Shown: positions 1-9,053 of the stretch, one piece after another
Layout: every line of letters begins with the position of its first letter
Position numbering within the stretch: position 1 is the stretch's first letter
Source of the DNA: an uncultured Verrucomicrobiae bacterium
GTDB taxonomy: Bacteria; Verrucomicrobiota; Verrucomicrobiia; Chthoniobacterales; JAFAMB01
DNA length: 64,000 bases
Direction: 5' to 3'
NCBI GenBank assembly: GCA_963837955.1
Contig: CAWIPH010000002.1
Location: forward strand, 2,912,001-2,976,000
Program-made: the position numbers and the translations under genes
Notes under the pieces: generated by a model
The model's database searches: none
Told to the model about the DNA's origin: nothing
The model's input: the letters and a program-made list of their open reading frames with translations, nothing else

Positions 1-1104
1 CACGCCGTCCTTGTTCGCGCAGAGGGTGACGCAGACGAGTTCCGCTTTATCCGTGAAGCGGCTCAAGTAAACCGAGAACCCCGGCGGGTTGCCGGTAATG
101 TCCATGAAACCCTTGTGGGCAGTAAAGCGCCAGCCACAGTTAGCCGGGTACCTCGTGCTATCTGCTAGCTTGAATCCGCTGTAGATAATCTCGCGGTTCG
201 CCGGCTCTTTCACAAGTATTCCCCCCGCGAGTCCTATGTCCCATAAACTAATGTCCGGAGCGGATGCAAGGATCGCTCCGTTGGAAAAGAGCGCCCGCTG
301 GCTGCTGCGTGGCACGGGGGCTAGTTTCCCATTTGTCTCAACGTAACCGGTCGCAAGTTCCGTAGGATCAATGTAGGGAGACTCGGAAAGAAACTGTTTG
401 TGCCAGTTGCCATTCTGCTCGACCGCCTCCTGTTTGATTTTGGAAAGCGCGGACGGAAACAGTGTATTCCGCAGACCGAGCCGCTCAATCTGACCCTTGG
501 TGACGAACTCTTCGTAGGTCATTCCGCTGGCTTTTTCGATGACCAGCCCGAGTAGAAAGAAATCCGAGGCGCTGCGAGCGACCTGCGTGCCCGGTTTGAA
601 AGCGAGCGGCAGATTCTTAATCAGGCCAAGAATCTCCGCAGGCTCATAATCTCTGGTTACATCGAACGCCGGTTGCGACATGTAGTCAGGCAACCCGGAG
701 GCGTGACCGAGCAACTGCCTCAAAGTGAGCGATTGCCATTCCTCAGGCAGACCGGTAATGAAATCGCTCAGCCGCGAGTCCAGCGTCAGCTTGCCGGCCT
801 CGACCAGTTGCATGATGGCAACCGCCGTATAGGCCTGAGTCATCTCTCCGACCGACCAAAGCGTGTTAGGCGAGGCGAGCAGGCGTCGGTCAACGTCTGA
901 TGTGCCGTAGCCCACCACGCGCGAAATATAGGGCGCTTGCACGATTGAGAGGGTCATGCCAGGAATCTGGTGTTCCCGCATGAATCCGGCGATCATCTCA
1001 TCAGGAGTCTGACTTCCGAGTTTCGTCTGTGGGTTGCCGCGCTGCGCAAAGGCGATATGGGTAACCGTCATAATCAATAGGCAGAAAATTGTGTTGGTTT
1101 TCAT
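1..1104 (-). CDS. Serine hydrolase / beta-lactamase-family (class C-like) exported protein, 3' end outside window; catalytic motifs substituted
   Basis: Not in the ORF track. Manual translation from ATG 1104: MKTNTIFCLLIMTVTHIAFAQ (signal peptide)...MREHQIPGMTLSIVQ...GYG...NTLWSVGEMTQAYTAVAIMQLVEAGKLTLD...FKPGTQVARSASDFFLLGLVIEKASGMTYEEF...; the segments translated are in one frame down to position 1. Confidence 0.85.
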   Translation of the reverse strand, partial: MKTNTIFCLLIMTVTHIAFAQRGNPQTKLGSQTPDEMIAGFMREHQIPGMTLSIVQAPYISRVVGYGTSDVDRRLLASPNTLWSVGEMTQAYTAVAIMQLVEAGKLTLDSRLSDFITGLPEEWQSLTLRQLLGHASGLPDYMSQPAFDVTRDYEPAEILGLIKNLPLAFKPGTQVARSASDFFLLGLVIEKASGMTYEEFVTKGQIERLGLRNTLFPSALSKIKQEAVEQNGNWHKQFLSESPYIDPTELATGYVETNGKLAPVPRSSQRALFSNGAILASAPDISLWDIGLAGGILVKEPANREIIYSGFKLADSTRYPANCGWRFTAHKGFMDITGNPPGFSVYLSRFTDKAELVCVTLCANKDGV

Positions 1105-1131
1105 AGAAATATCAGTGCATTTGTCTTCGGC

Positions 1132-1724
1132 CTAATGTTGCCAGCTCATTGGCGCTGGGTGCATGGACGGCGCGGACAACGCCTGCGCAATGCCAGCGAA
1201 GATGTGGCCCATGGAGCTGTCAGCGCAGCAGTGCGCCGCGATGTCCATTGGCCGAGCAGTCGACGAGATCTCACTGCTGACCTGATTAAGATACGCGTGT
1301 GTAGCGGCCGAGAGATCACCGGTCTGATCACAGTATGCATGTGTGGTAGCCGAGAGATCACCTAGCGCTGCCTCAGTGGTGGCATGTACTGCAGGGGCTG
1401 ATGGGTGACCTCCACCGCTGCTGCTACTGCTACTGCCCCACCGCTAGTACCGCCTTCATGTCCGCCGCCTCCCGCAGCCTGTTTGGCAAAGCCCACTTGT
1501 GACACCGAAAGTGCAGTGATGAGGCTGGTCAATCTAGGCAACAGCGCTAGGCGGCTAATCCTCGCTTCTGCCGCGGCCTCGGTAGGTAAATTCCGCGGTC
1601 CTGGTTCTATGCAGTACTTCTTGGGAAAGTGCGCAAGAAGTGGACTGGTCCTAATCAGTTCGCTGGATCGTCGAACCGCTCTCACCATTATCTCAAGACC
1701 GTCCGCCACATCGTGCTCTGTCAC
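1132..1724 (-). pseudogene. Possible frameshifted small protein with a Gly/Ser linker and a GDLSAxTHAY repeat
   Basis: ORF 1362..1724 reads ...GGGGHEGGTSG. Shifting frame at the G4 run (~1436-1439) continues GSSSSSSGGGHPSAPAVHATTEAALGDLSATTHAYCDQTGDLSAATHAYLNQ...SWQH*, with the stop 28 bp upstream of the next ATG. Start uncertain. Confidence 0.3.
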
Positions 1725-2130
1725 GTGAAACCTCAGCCTCCGCTTGACCTATCTGGCGTACTCTTTTCGGAGTTACTTGGCATATTCGCACAATCAAATT
1801 CACCGTGGCGAACGAAATCGCGTCATTAACCGAATCAACCGCCAACTGGCGATTACCGATTCCAAGTTCTTCAAGGGGAGAACTCAAGAAAGGGAAAGTT
1901 ATGCACGTTAGATACCGCTTCTCCCGCGTGAAAGCGCGAAGAAACGTTTTACCGTAGGTGACTGATCGTGGCCTAATCACATGCGTTGTTTCCGAGGAGG
2001 ATTGACGCTTGGCGTGCATAAATTTCCCTTTCTTGAGTTCTCCCCTATAGGGAAACATTTCTTCAATACGGACGGTTGATGTGCCTTTAGCGTCACTCAC
2101 ACCTCAACTGAAACAAAAGAGAAATTACCT

Positions 2131-2559
2131 ATGTCTAACCAATCGAAAAATGGACCTGCGACGATTATCCCAGCGATGCGATATCGAAACGCTCCGGCGG
2201 CGATAGAATGGCTCTGCCAGGCGTTTGGGTTCGAAAAGCACTTGGTGGTGCCCGGAGAGAACGGCACCATCGCCCATGCCCAACTCACGTGGGGTAATGG
2301 GATGATGATGTTGGGCTCCGTCCGCGACAACGAGTACGGAAAGCGGATCAAGCAACCGGATGAGCTCGATGGTATCGAAACCCAGGGCCCCTACGTGGTT
2401 GTAGAAGACCCGGACGCTCATTATGCCCGGGCGGTGGCGGCTGGTGCCGAGATCGTCACTGAGATAGCAGACGCCAGTTACGGTGGGCGAGGCTACATCT
2501 GCCGCGACTTAGAGGGCCATCTCTGGAGCTTCGGAAGCTATAATCCGTGGTCCGAATAA
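2131..2559 (+). CDS. VOC family (glyoxalase/bleomycin resistance) protein
   Basis: AAIEWLCQAFGF, HAQL, YARAVAAGAEIV, YGGRGYICRDLEGHLWSFG motifs. Confidence 0.92.
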   Translation: MSNQSKNGPATIIPAMRYRNAPAAIEWLCQAFGFEKHLVVPGENGTIAHAQLTWGNGMMMLGSVRDNEYGKRIKQPDELDGIETQGPYVVVEDPDAHYARAVAAGAEIVTEIADASYGGRGYICRDLEGHLWSFGSYNPWSE

Positions 2560-2868
2560 CGAAAGCGGTGTTAGGCTTCTTTTAGGCCGGTGGCGACTAC
2601 GTCGTCGGCCATTCACGGAGATGCGCCCGCGTCTCGGTGATCGTTACGCGAACATCCCAACGGACGCGCTGCCGGGTAGCTTGGTCCCTGCTGAAAACCC
2701 GGCTGTCTCCAACCGGCTCAAAGACCCACTCCCAACCGTCGATACGCCTTCATCTTCAGTAATCACCGCGCCGTCTACCTGAACCTGGACGCCGCTTCCG
2801 CTCTTCGAGCTACAGCGCGCCCGCCAAGCGATGAGGCCGCGCCACAGCGACAGCGGGATCGGGTTACC

Positions 2869-3795
2869 TTACTCCGGCGTGTAATCGGCGCCCAAAGAGG
2901 CCGGCATCCTGGAACGGCCGATGACTCCCGCATAAACAAGCAATGTTAGGAGATACGGCACCATGAAAAGGAATTCGTACGGCAAGGGCACGTGAAACGC
3001 CTGCGCCCTCAGCGCCAGAGCGTTCGCAGCACCAAATAGAAGCGAAACGGGTACAACGAAAAACGGGTTCCAGCGCGAAACGATCACAACCGCCAACGCG
3101 ATGAAACCGTTCCCGACAGTCATATTGTCAGTGAAAAACTTTACGTTCCCCAGCGAATAATAGGTCCCGGCTAGGCCCGCCATCATCCCACCGAAGATGA
3201 GAGCCAAGATCTGGTAGAGGCGGACAGGGACACCCGCGCTTTGCGCAGCACGCGGTTTCTCCCCGATTGCGCGCAACCGCAATCCACGATTCGTAAAGAA
3301 CAGGAATAAACCGCACAGAGGCGCGATGAAATAGATTACATAGACAAGCGGAATATGGTCGAATAGCGAGCTGCCAAGGATGGGAAGCCGATCAAGACCA
3401 GGTATGGCAAGTTCAGAAAACGAAGGAACCGGCGGCGGCGCTTTGCCAAAAATTTCACGGTTGAGAAAAGTCGTTATGCCCGCGGCTGCCAAATTCAAAG
3501 CCGTTCCAGTAACGATTTGGTTAGCACCCAAAAGAAGAGAAGTCACTGCAAGAAACAGTCCGGCCAGGCCCCCTACCAGAATCGCAACTAAAACGCCCAC
3601 CCAAACATTTTGCATCCACCACGATCCGACTACTCCTGAAAAAGCTCCCAACAGCATGATTCCCTCAAGTCCTATATTGACGAATCCTCCGCGCTCGGAA
3701 ATGACTTCGCCAGTGGCAGCGCCGATCAAAGGCGTTGCTGCCCGAATCGCTGCCTTAAGAAAATCAGCGGATAGAAGAATCAGAAACAGATCCAT
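2869..3795 (-). CDS. ABC transporter permease, nucleoside/sugar (CUT2, BMP-associated) type
   Basis: SERGGFVNIGLEGIMLLGAF, GLRLRAIGE.P.AA.SAGV, GFIALA motifs; polytopic hydrophobicity. Confidence 0.92.
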   Translation of the reverse strand: MDLFLILLSADFLKAAIRAATPLIGAATGEVISERGGFVNIGLEGIMLLGAFSGVVGSWWMQNVWVGVLVAILVGGLAGLFLAVTSLLLGANQIVTGTALNLAAAGITTFLNREIFGKAPPPVPSFSELAIPGLDRLPILGSSLFDHIPLVYVIYFIAPLCGLFLFFTNRGLRLRAIGEKPRAAQSAGVPVRLYQILALIFGGMMAGLAGTYYSLGNVKFFTDNMTVGNGFIALAVVIVSRWNPFFVVPVSLLFGAANALALRAQAFHVPLPYEFLFMVPYLLTLLVYAGVIGRSRMPASLGADYTPE

Positions 3796-4885
3796 GCGAA
3801 GTCCGGCGCCTAAAGGTGCTTTGCTTGGCCCACCAGTCAGCTAGACGGCGAGATTGACAGAGAATGACGAACAGAAGGGCAACCGCTTGTACTACCGTCG
3901 CAAGAGATTTTGGCACGGAGGCAGATAGTTCCATAGCCTCCGCCCCGGTCCGGAACGCTCCGAAGAAGATTCCCGCGATCAAAATTCCCAGCGGGTTACC
4001 TTGACCGATAAACATTACCGCGATCGCGTCGTATCCGTAACCAGGCGAGAAGGAATCGCTTAACCGAAACTGCACTCCCAGAATCACGCACGCTCCCGCT
4101 AGCCCAGCCAGCCCCCCTGCTCCGATCATTCCTGCGCACATTAATCGTTCTACCGGCATTCCGGCGAACCGAGCTGCAACTGGATTGGTACCGACAGCGC
4201 GAAGCTCATAACCTGCGACGCTTCTGCTAAGCAGGAGCCAAGTGCAAAGAGCTGAAACAACAGCGATCACAATCCCAAGATTCATCCGCGCCTCCGCCCA
4301 AATCTTCGGGAGATGAAGAGCGGCCGGAATCTCTGGAGACCACGGATAACCAAAACCTTGCGCGTCCTTCATTGGACCGTGGACCAGGTAGCTGATCAAC
4401 CAGAATGCCAGGAAGTTCAGCATGATCGCCGTAATAATTTCGTTCAGGTGCCGATAGGCTCTCAACCAGCCCGGAATAGCTGCCCAAAACGCTCCAAAGA
4501 CAAATCCGCCGAGCAAGGCGAGAAGTTCATGCAACGCCGGAGGCAGACCTGTATCGGCCAAGCCTACGAGCGTTGCTCCTAGTCCTCCCATCAGCAATTG
4601 ACCTTCGGCTCCAATATTAAAGACGCCGCCAGCGAACGGAACCGCTACGGCCAACGCCGCCAAGATCAGCGGAGTGGCTTCGGTTAAGCTATTGCCGAGG
4701 CGGCTCGGTTGAGCAATCAAGTCCGACCAGGAATCTCCCCAACTCCAATCGAGATTGATTCCACTAGCCCCGCGCAATAGTTGCAGGTATGCGGTCGTCG
4801 GCGAGACGCCGGCTGCGGCGATCAAGATCGACCCCGCAAGCAGCGCGACCAGGACTGCTGCAATAGGAATTAGAGCGCGGCGCAT
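3764..4885 (-). CDS. ABC transporter permease, nucleoside/sugar (CUT2) type, second subunit
   Basis: FNIGAEGQ, LNEIITAIMLNF, GYELRAVGTNPVAARFAGM, GYGYDAIAV motifs. Confidence 0.92.
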   Translation of the reverse strand: MRRALIPIAAVLVALLAGSILIAAAGVSPTTAYLQLLRGASGINLDWSWGDSWSDLIAQPSRLGNSLTEATPLILAALAVAVPFAGGVFNIGAEGQLLMGGLGATLVGLADTGLPPALHELLALLGGFVFGAFWAAIPGWLRAYRHLNEIITAIMLNFLAFWLISYLVHGPMKDAQGFGYPWSPEIPAALHLPKIWAEARMNLGIVIAVVSALCTWLLLSRSVAGYELRAVGTNPVAARFAGMPVERLMCAGMIGAGGLAGLAGACVILGVQFRLSDSFSPGYGYDAIAVMFIGQGNPLGILIAGIFFGAFRTGAEAMELSASVPKSLATVVQAVALLFVILCQSRRLADWWAKQSTFRRRTSHGSVSDSSIR

Positions 4886-4931
4886 CGCTCGCTAGGTTAG
4901 CTCGAATTTTTCATTCGTCATCAGATAGGGA

Positions 4932-5110
4932 GTAGCCTGATGCTCCGGCCTCAGGAACCCAGGGCTGCAGCGATTGTGAAAGGTGAGGTGATTGGTGGAT
5001 GCCTATCAGCAAGTCCTCGGAGAAATCTCCCACCGCTCTCTCTCTGATCACTAATCACCAATCACGCTCCCCGGGTTTTGGGGGGAACGAAAGAGGAGGC
5101 ATCAGGCTAC
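4932..5110. repeat. Inverted pair of GTAG-type REP-like elements (REPIN/BIME-like)
   Basis: GTAGCCTGATGCTCCGGCCTCAGG at 4932-4955 and partial inverted copy GAGGAGGCATCAGGCTAC at 5093-5110; related copies at 50628, 56827 and 56873. Confidence 0.7.
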
Positions 5111-5112
5111 GT

Positions 5113-7662
5113 TCAGAACTTCAATTTTATCGTCAGATCCGCATGAAACGGCTGATTCGGAAAAATCAGATCGTTAGCCGCAAACGTGTCGACCGGCGAA
5201 AAATTTCTCTCATCGGTCAGATTGTAAAGGTTCAACTGCACCTCCCAGCACTTTTGCTTGAAAAAGAGAGCCGCGTTCCACGTTACTTGAGCGGGAATCT
5301 TCAATGTCTTCTGCGGATTTTCGTAAATTTCTCCAGTTACCTGGGGACCAATACTGAGACCCAACCCGCAATCCAACTGATAAGTGAAGTAAGCGTTAAA
5401 AATGAGATTCGGTATTCCGGTTACGTCGGCATCGGTTTTGCTGTAAGTAACTCCCTGGTAGTTCGGACTGAATGCCACAGGATTCGTTCCTCCCTTACCA
5501 CGGCCGCCATTCGAATCCACGAAAGCCGGAGAAAAACTGTCAAGATAATCTCCGGTCTGAGTGAAAATCGCGGAATGGAGATTAACAAACTGGGCGCTCG
5601 ACAGCGTTAAGTTACCGGTTGCGTTAAAGTTTTTGTTGGGCTGCCAAGTCGCCTCCATTTCTAGCCCCTTCGATCTCACTTGCAGCCGGTTATTTTTGAT
5701 GTCGTACTCGTCGTACGTTTGGTAATACCCAGCTAGGGAGGCGAAGAGAGTATTATTAAGCAGACTCGCTTTCACTCCCGCTTCATAGAGTTCGACTACG
5801 TTTTCCAGCTGCTTTTTCGTAAAATTTGGCGGGAATCCCCCGAAGCTCTGATTTCCTTCGTACGCAGTGGTCCGATCATACGTGACATAGGTCGTCAACC
5901 ATGAAGTCGGCTTAACCGTTATGCTCGAGAAAAATGAAGGATTCCAGGCGCTTGCGTCCTTGTAGGGGGTGGCATTGAGGATGCCCCCAGTACCGTCCAG
6001 GTTCGGTCCCAATTCTGGCTGTTTTGATTCTACTGCCACATAATCCAACCGCATTCCGCCAAAGAGACTCAGCCATTTTGTCACTTCCAAATTATCCTGG
6101 ATGAATAAGCCGACATCGCTCAGTCGCGAGTTCAAAGATTCGACACCGTCAGCGACTCCGCTGTAACTTGGCTTATCAGGGATCACTCGCCCGCCGAATA
6201 CCAGAGACCGTGGAAAGCTCATATACGGCACTTGGGAAAGATCAAAGACCGTATACGGCTCAACGAAATAGTCCTGATAATCGCGGTTTTCTTCATGACG
6301 ATAGCTGACGCCGGCGACGAGCCGATTTAACATTCCGGGTCGCTCTTCCGTTACGATAGGGTTCTTTGGATCCCCGGTGCTCTTGCTGGTTTCGCCTCCG
6401 AAAAGATGCATATCCCAATGCAATTCGAGTCGGGCATCAAACAAATCATTAATGGGCGCGTATTCATCGTATCCTTCGGTCAAATACTTTCTCCACTGCA
6501 CATCTTCAAAAAGGATTCTGCTGACGATTTGAAAATCCGAGCTGATCTGCGCCTTAGTGGTTAGCTGGGTAGTGAATCGCTTTCCGTAATCGGCGTCACC
6601 CGGGGCAACCAAAACATCATAGTTATGTAGCTTTACCGTATGGAAGCTGCCGTTCGCATTAGGAATCACGTAACCGGCATACGGCACGCTGGTCGTTCCT
6701 CCGAAGAAGAGAGGCGTGATGGGGCCGGTAACATACGTGTTGCTGTCAATCAGTTGTTGGGTCACCCGGTTAAAACCGCTGTTCTCCACAAAACGGGCTT
6801 CATACATTTGTATGGTGTAATCGAAGGTCAGGGCGGGTATAGGCGCATAATAGACCGCTGCGAAAATGTCCTCGGTCCTATCCTTGACGTTACGATAGTA
6901 GCTGTCCGCTTCCCTTCCCAGATAGCTCACTCGAATCGCCAGCTTATCTTGGATAAGCGGACCGCCAAAGTCGACTTGCCATTCAGGGTTGAGGTACGAA
7001 CTTCCGCCCGGAACGTACTCGCCGATTGTCATTCTCAGTGTCGCGTGCCACGCGTCGAAATAAGGCTGCTTCGTCACAAAATTCACGTACCCCCCTCCTC
7101 CGATACTGGAAGGACCGAAAACCGGCGTACCCGGACCCTTCACAATATCGAGAGCCTCTACACCGTTGAAGCTTGGTGGAACACCGTTACTGCTGAAGAG
7201 TAGTCGCTGACCGTCCTGGTAGAGTTCCGAGCGAACTCCCCGGATTGTCGGTACACCTTGCGTCCCGAAGACAGATGGCGTAAACACGCCGGAAGCAAAC
7301 TGATCCAGCGAATTGATATCCTCCAGATGCCGCGACTCCAACTCGGCCTTACTGATCACGCTCACGCTTCGCGGGGTATCCAAAACGTTTTGGTCAAATC
7401 CAGTTACGGAATCCGTGGGTGCCACAGTAGGTAGCACGGTGTTTTCAATGGGAATTCCCGCTGTAACAATGATCTGCGACAGAGCCGTCGCTTCGCCTGG
7501 TCCGTTTCCCGTTGGCGTGGGACTCGGCGTTTGACCGTGAACAATTACCTCAGTATTAACTAATACAATTGCGACAAAAAACGGCAGCGCCAGTGGGCAA
7601 AAAACTGCACCCCAGCGACCGCCGTCCAAAACACTAACAACTTTCAATAGAAAGTAGTTCAT
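5113..7662 (-). CDS. TonB-dependent receptor
   Basis: TonB-box-like IIVTA, plug domain (DTPRSVSVI...IRG...LDIVKGP...GGYVNFVTK), beta-barrel, NLYNLTD and terminal Phe; ATG 7662 preferred over TTG 7698. Confidence 0.92.
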   Translation of the reverse strand: MNYFLLKVVSVLDGGRWGAVFCPLALPFFVAIVLVNTEVIVHGQTPSPTPTGNGPGEATALSQIIVTAGIPIENTVLPTVAPTDSVTGFDQNVLDTPRSVSVISKAELESRHLEDINSLDQFASGVFTPSVFGTQGVPTIRGVRSELYQDGQRLLFSSNGVPPSFNGVEALDIVKGPGTPVFGPSSIGGGGYVNFVTKQPYFDAWHATLRMTIGEYVPGGSSYLNPEWQVDFGGPLIQDKLAIRVSYLGREADSYYRNVKDRTEDIFAAVYYAPIPALTFDYTIQMYEARFVENSGFNRVTQQLIDSNTYVTGPITPLFFGGTTSVPYAGYVIPNANGSFHTVKLHNYDVLVAPGDADYGKRFTTQLTTKAQISSDFQIVSRILFEDVQWRKYLTEGYDEYAPINDLFDARLELHWDMHLFGGETSKSTGDPKNPIVTEERPGMLNRLVAGVSYRHEENRDYQDYFVEPYTVFDLSQVPYMSFPRSLVFGGRVIPDKPSYSGVADGVESLNSRLSDVGLFIQDNLEVTKWLSLFGGMRLDYVAVESKQPELGPNLDGTGGILNATPYKDASAWNPSFFSSITVKPTSWLTTYVTYDRTTAYEGNQSFGGFPPNFTKKQLENVVELYEAGVKASLLNNTLFASLAGYYQTYDEYDIKNNRLQVRSKGLEMEATWQPNKNFNATGNLTLSSAQFVNLHSAIFTQTGDYLDSFSPAFVDSNGGRGKGGTNPVAFSPNYQGVTYSKTDADVTGIPNLIFNAYFTYQLDCGLGLSIGPQVTGEIYENPQKTLKIPAQVTWNAALFFKQKCWEVQLNLYNLTDERNFSPVDTFAANDLIFPNQPFHADLTIKLKF

Positions 7663-8036
7663 AAACTCGCTCCGGCTTACTCGGCCAGGTATTGACAATC
7701 AGTTGGCAAAGTCTAAAGGTTTCACTTGATTGATTTTCCGAAACACGCTCCGTTCTGTAACAGCCTTTATCGGCGGAGACTCACCCGGCGGCATGCGCTT
7801 ATATCGAGAAAAAGAGTTAGGACGGAAGGAAGTCGTAAAAATACGCTCTCTCCTTCCGGATGTTCGTTAGACAAAATGATCCCTGCCTCCGAATGTGAAT
7901 CAGCAAAATCACCCACTCCCGAATCGATTCTGGCTAACTGCGGATCTAACCTAATTGGTTAGTGCTTAATCCCGCCCGAACAGGCGGATTATGTCTGCGG
8001 CTCAGTAATTGTGTTCGATATCCCTACCTCCCGTTT

Positions 8037-9053
8037 CTATTTCAGGTCCCGCTTCTCCTGCGGTCGACTAGCTTGAATTACTCCCCCGAAATAAAGAGGG
8101 CAGTAAGAAATTCTTCCCCAACCAACTTCGTCAAGCCACTCCCAGACCTGCCGCAATGGATGAGAGCGGCCGCCCGGGTTTTCGACCTGCATCATCAGAT
8201 TGAACATGGCTTCGTTCGGCTTGAGTGAGTCCGTTTCGCTAAAAACATCGTTGATAATCAGACGGCCACCAGGACGCACCGCCGTCAGAGCGTGCTGCAG
8301 GATCTCCTTGCACAACGGTTCAGAGAAGTCGTGCAGAAGGTGCGAAAGAAGAACGGCGTCGAACTCTTTGCGGTCAATACCGAAGCCGAGCGCGAAGCAA
8401 TCACCAACCAGCAACTCAATGCGGTCGGCTAACTTGTTTTGCATGACAGTCTCTCGAGCAAGCGGAATAACTTCCGCCAGATCAATCAGAGTGATCCGCA
8501 GATCCTGGTAGCGTTTCGCAATCAAGGTCGCATAGCCGGCGGCACCGCCCCCGACATCGATCATAGATTGGATCCCATCAAAACTGACGGTCTTGAGAAA
8601 TCCTGCACTCGATTTTTCGGCGAGATCGTTTAGCGCCAAGAGAAAGGTTCGAACAAAAGGGAAATCGGTCTTCACCCTTTCCGAAAATGGAGGTAGCAAA
8701 GCATGACCAGAGCGGACCACTTCACTGAGCCTGCCCCAAAGCTGGTAGAAGAAAGCTTCTTTGATGGTAAGTCGCGCTAGCCCTGTCGAACCGGTCTCGG
8801 TAAACAGCCGTCCGGTCTGACTGAGATGGTAGTTTGCCGGGTTCCGGTCGTCTTTGTCGACATAACCAAGAGCCACGAGTGCACCGAGAAGAGCGTTCGT
8901 GCCCGTTTCCGATAAATTCAGGCGCTCAGTGATTTTTGCCTCGGTCGCCGAAGAACCGTTGAGAAAGCGAAATAACCCGGTTTCAACGCCTGCCATTAAG
9001 ACCGCAGAAATCTGATAACTCGTCAGCGCTTGATAATGATCGATGTCAACCAT
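8037..9053 (-). CDS. SAM-dependent O-methyltransferase (dimerisation + Methyltransf_2 domains)
   Basis: N-terminal winged-helix dimerisation region, IDVGGGAAGY SAM motif, GDCF, LSHLLHDF; ATG 9053 overlaps the stop of the upstream gene. Confidence 0.88.
   Translation of the reverse strand: MVDIDHYQALTSYQISAVLMAGVETGLFRFLNGSSATEAKITERLNLSETGTNALLGALVALGYVDKDDRNPANYHLSQTGRLFTETGSTGLARLTIKEAFFYQLWGRLSEVVRSGHALLPPFSERVKTDFPFVRTFLLALNDLAEKSSAGFLKTVSFDGIQSMIDVGGGAAGYATLIAKRYQDLRITLIDLAEVIPLARETVMQNKLADRIELLVGDCFALGFGIDRKEFDAVLLSHLLHDFSEPLCKEILQHALTAVRPGGRLIINDVFSETDSLKPNEAMFNLMMQVENPGGRSHPLRQVWEWLDEVGWGRISYCPLYFGGVIQASRPQEKRDLK

Noticed and set aside
1693..2100. 135-aa minus-strand ORF
   Set aside because: No recognisable motifs; spans a likely divergent promoter region
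7700..8036. Cobalamin or TPP riboswitch ahead of the TonB receptor
   Set aside because: Only an inverted repeat (CGGAAGGA...TCCTTCCG, ~7823-7858) is visible and no conserved riboswitch core was recognised; an Rfam scan would settle it
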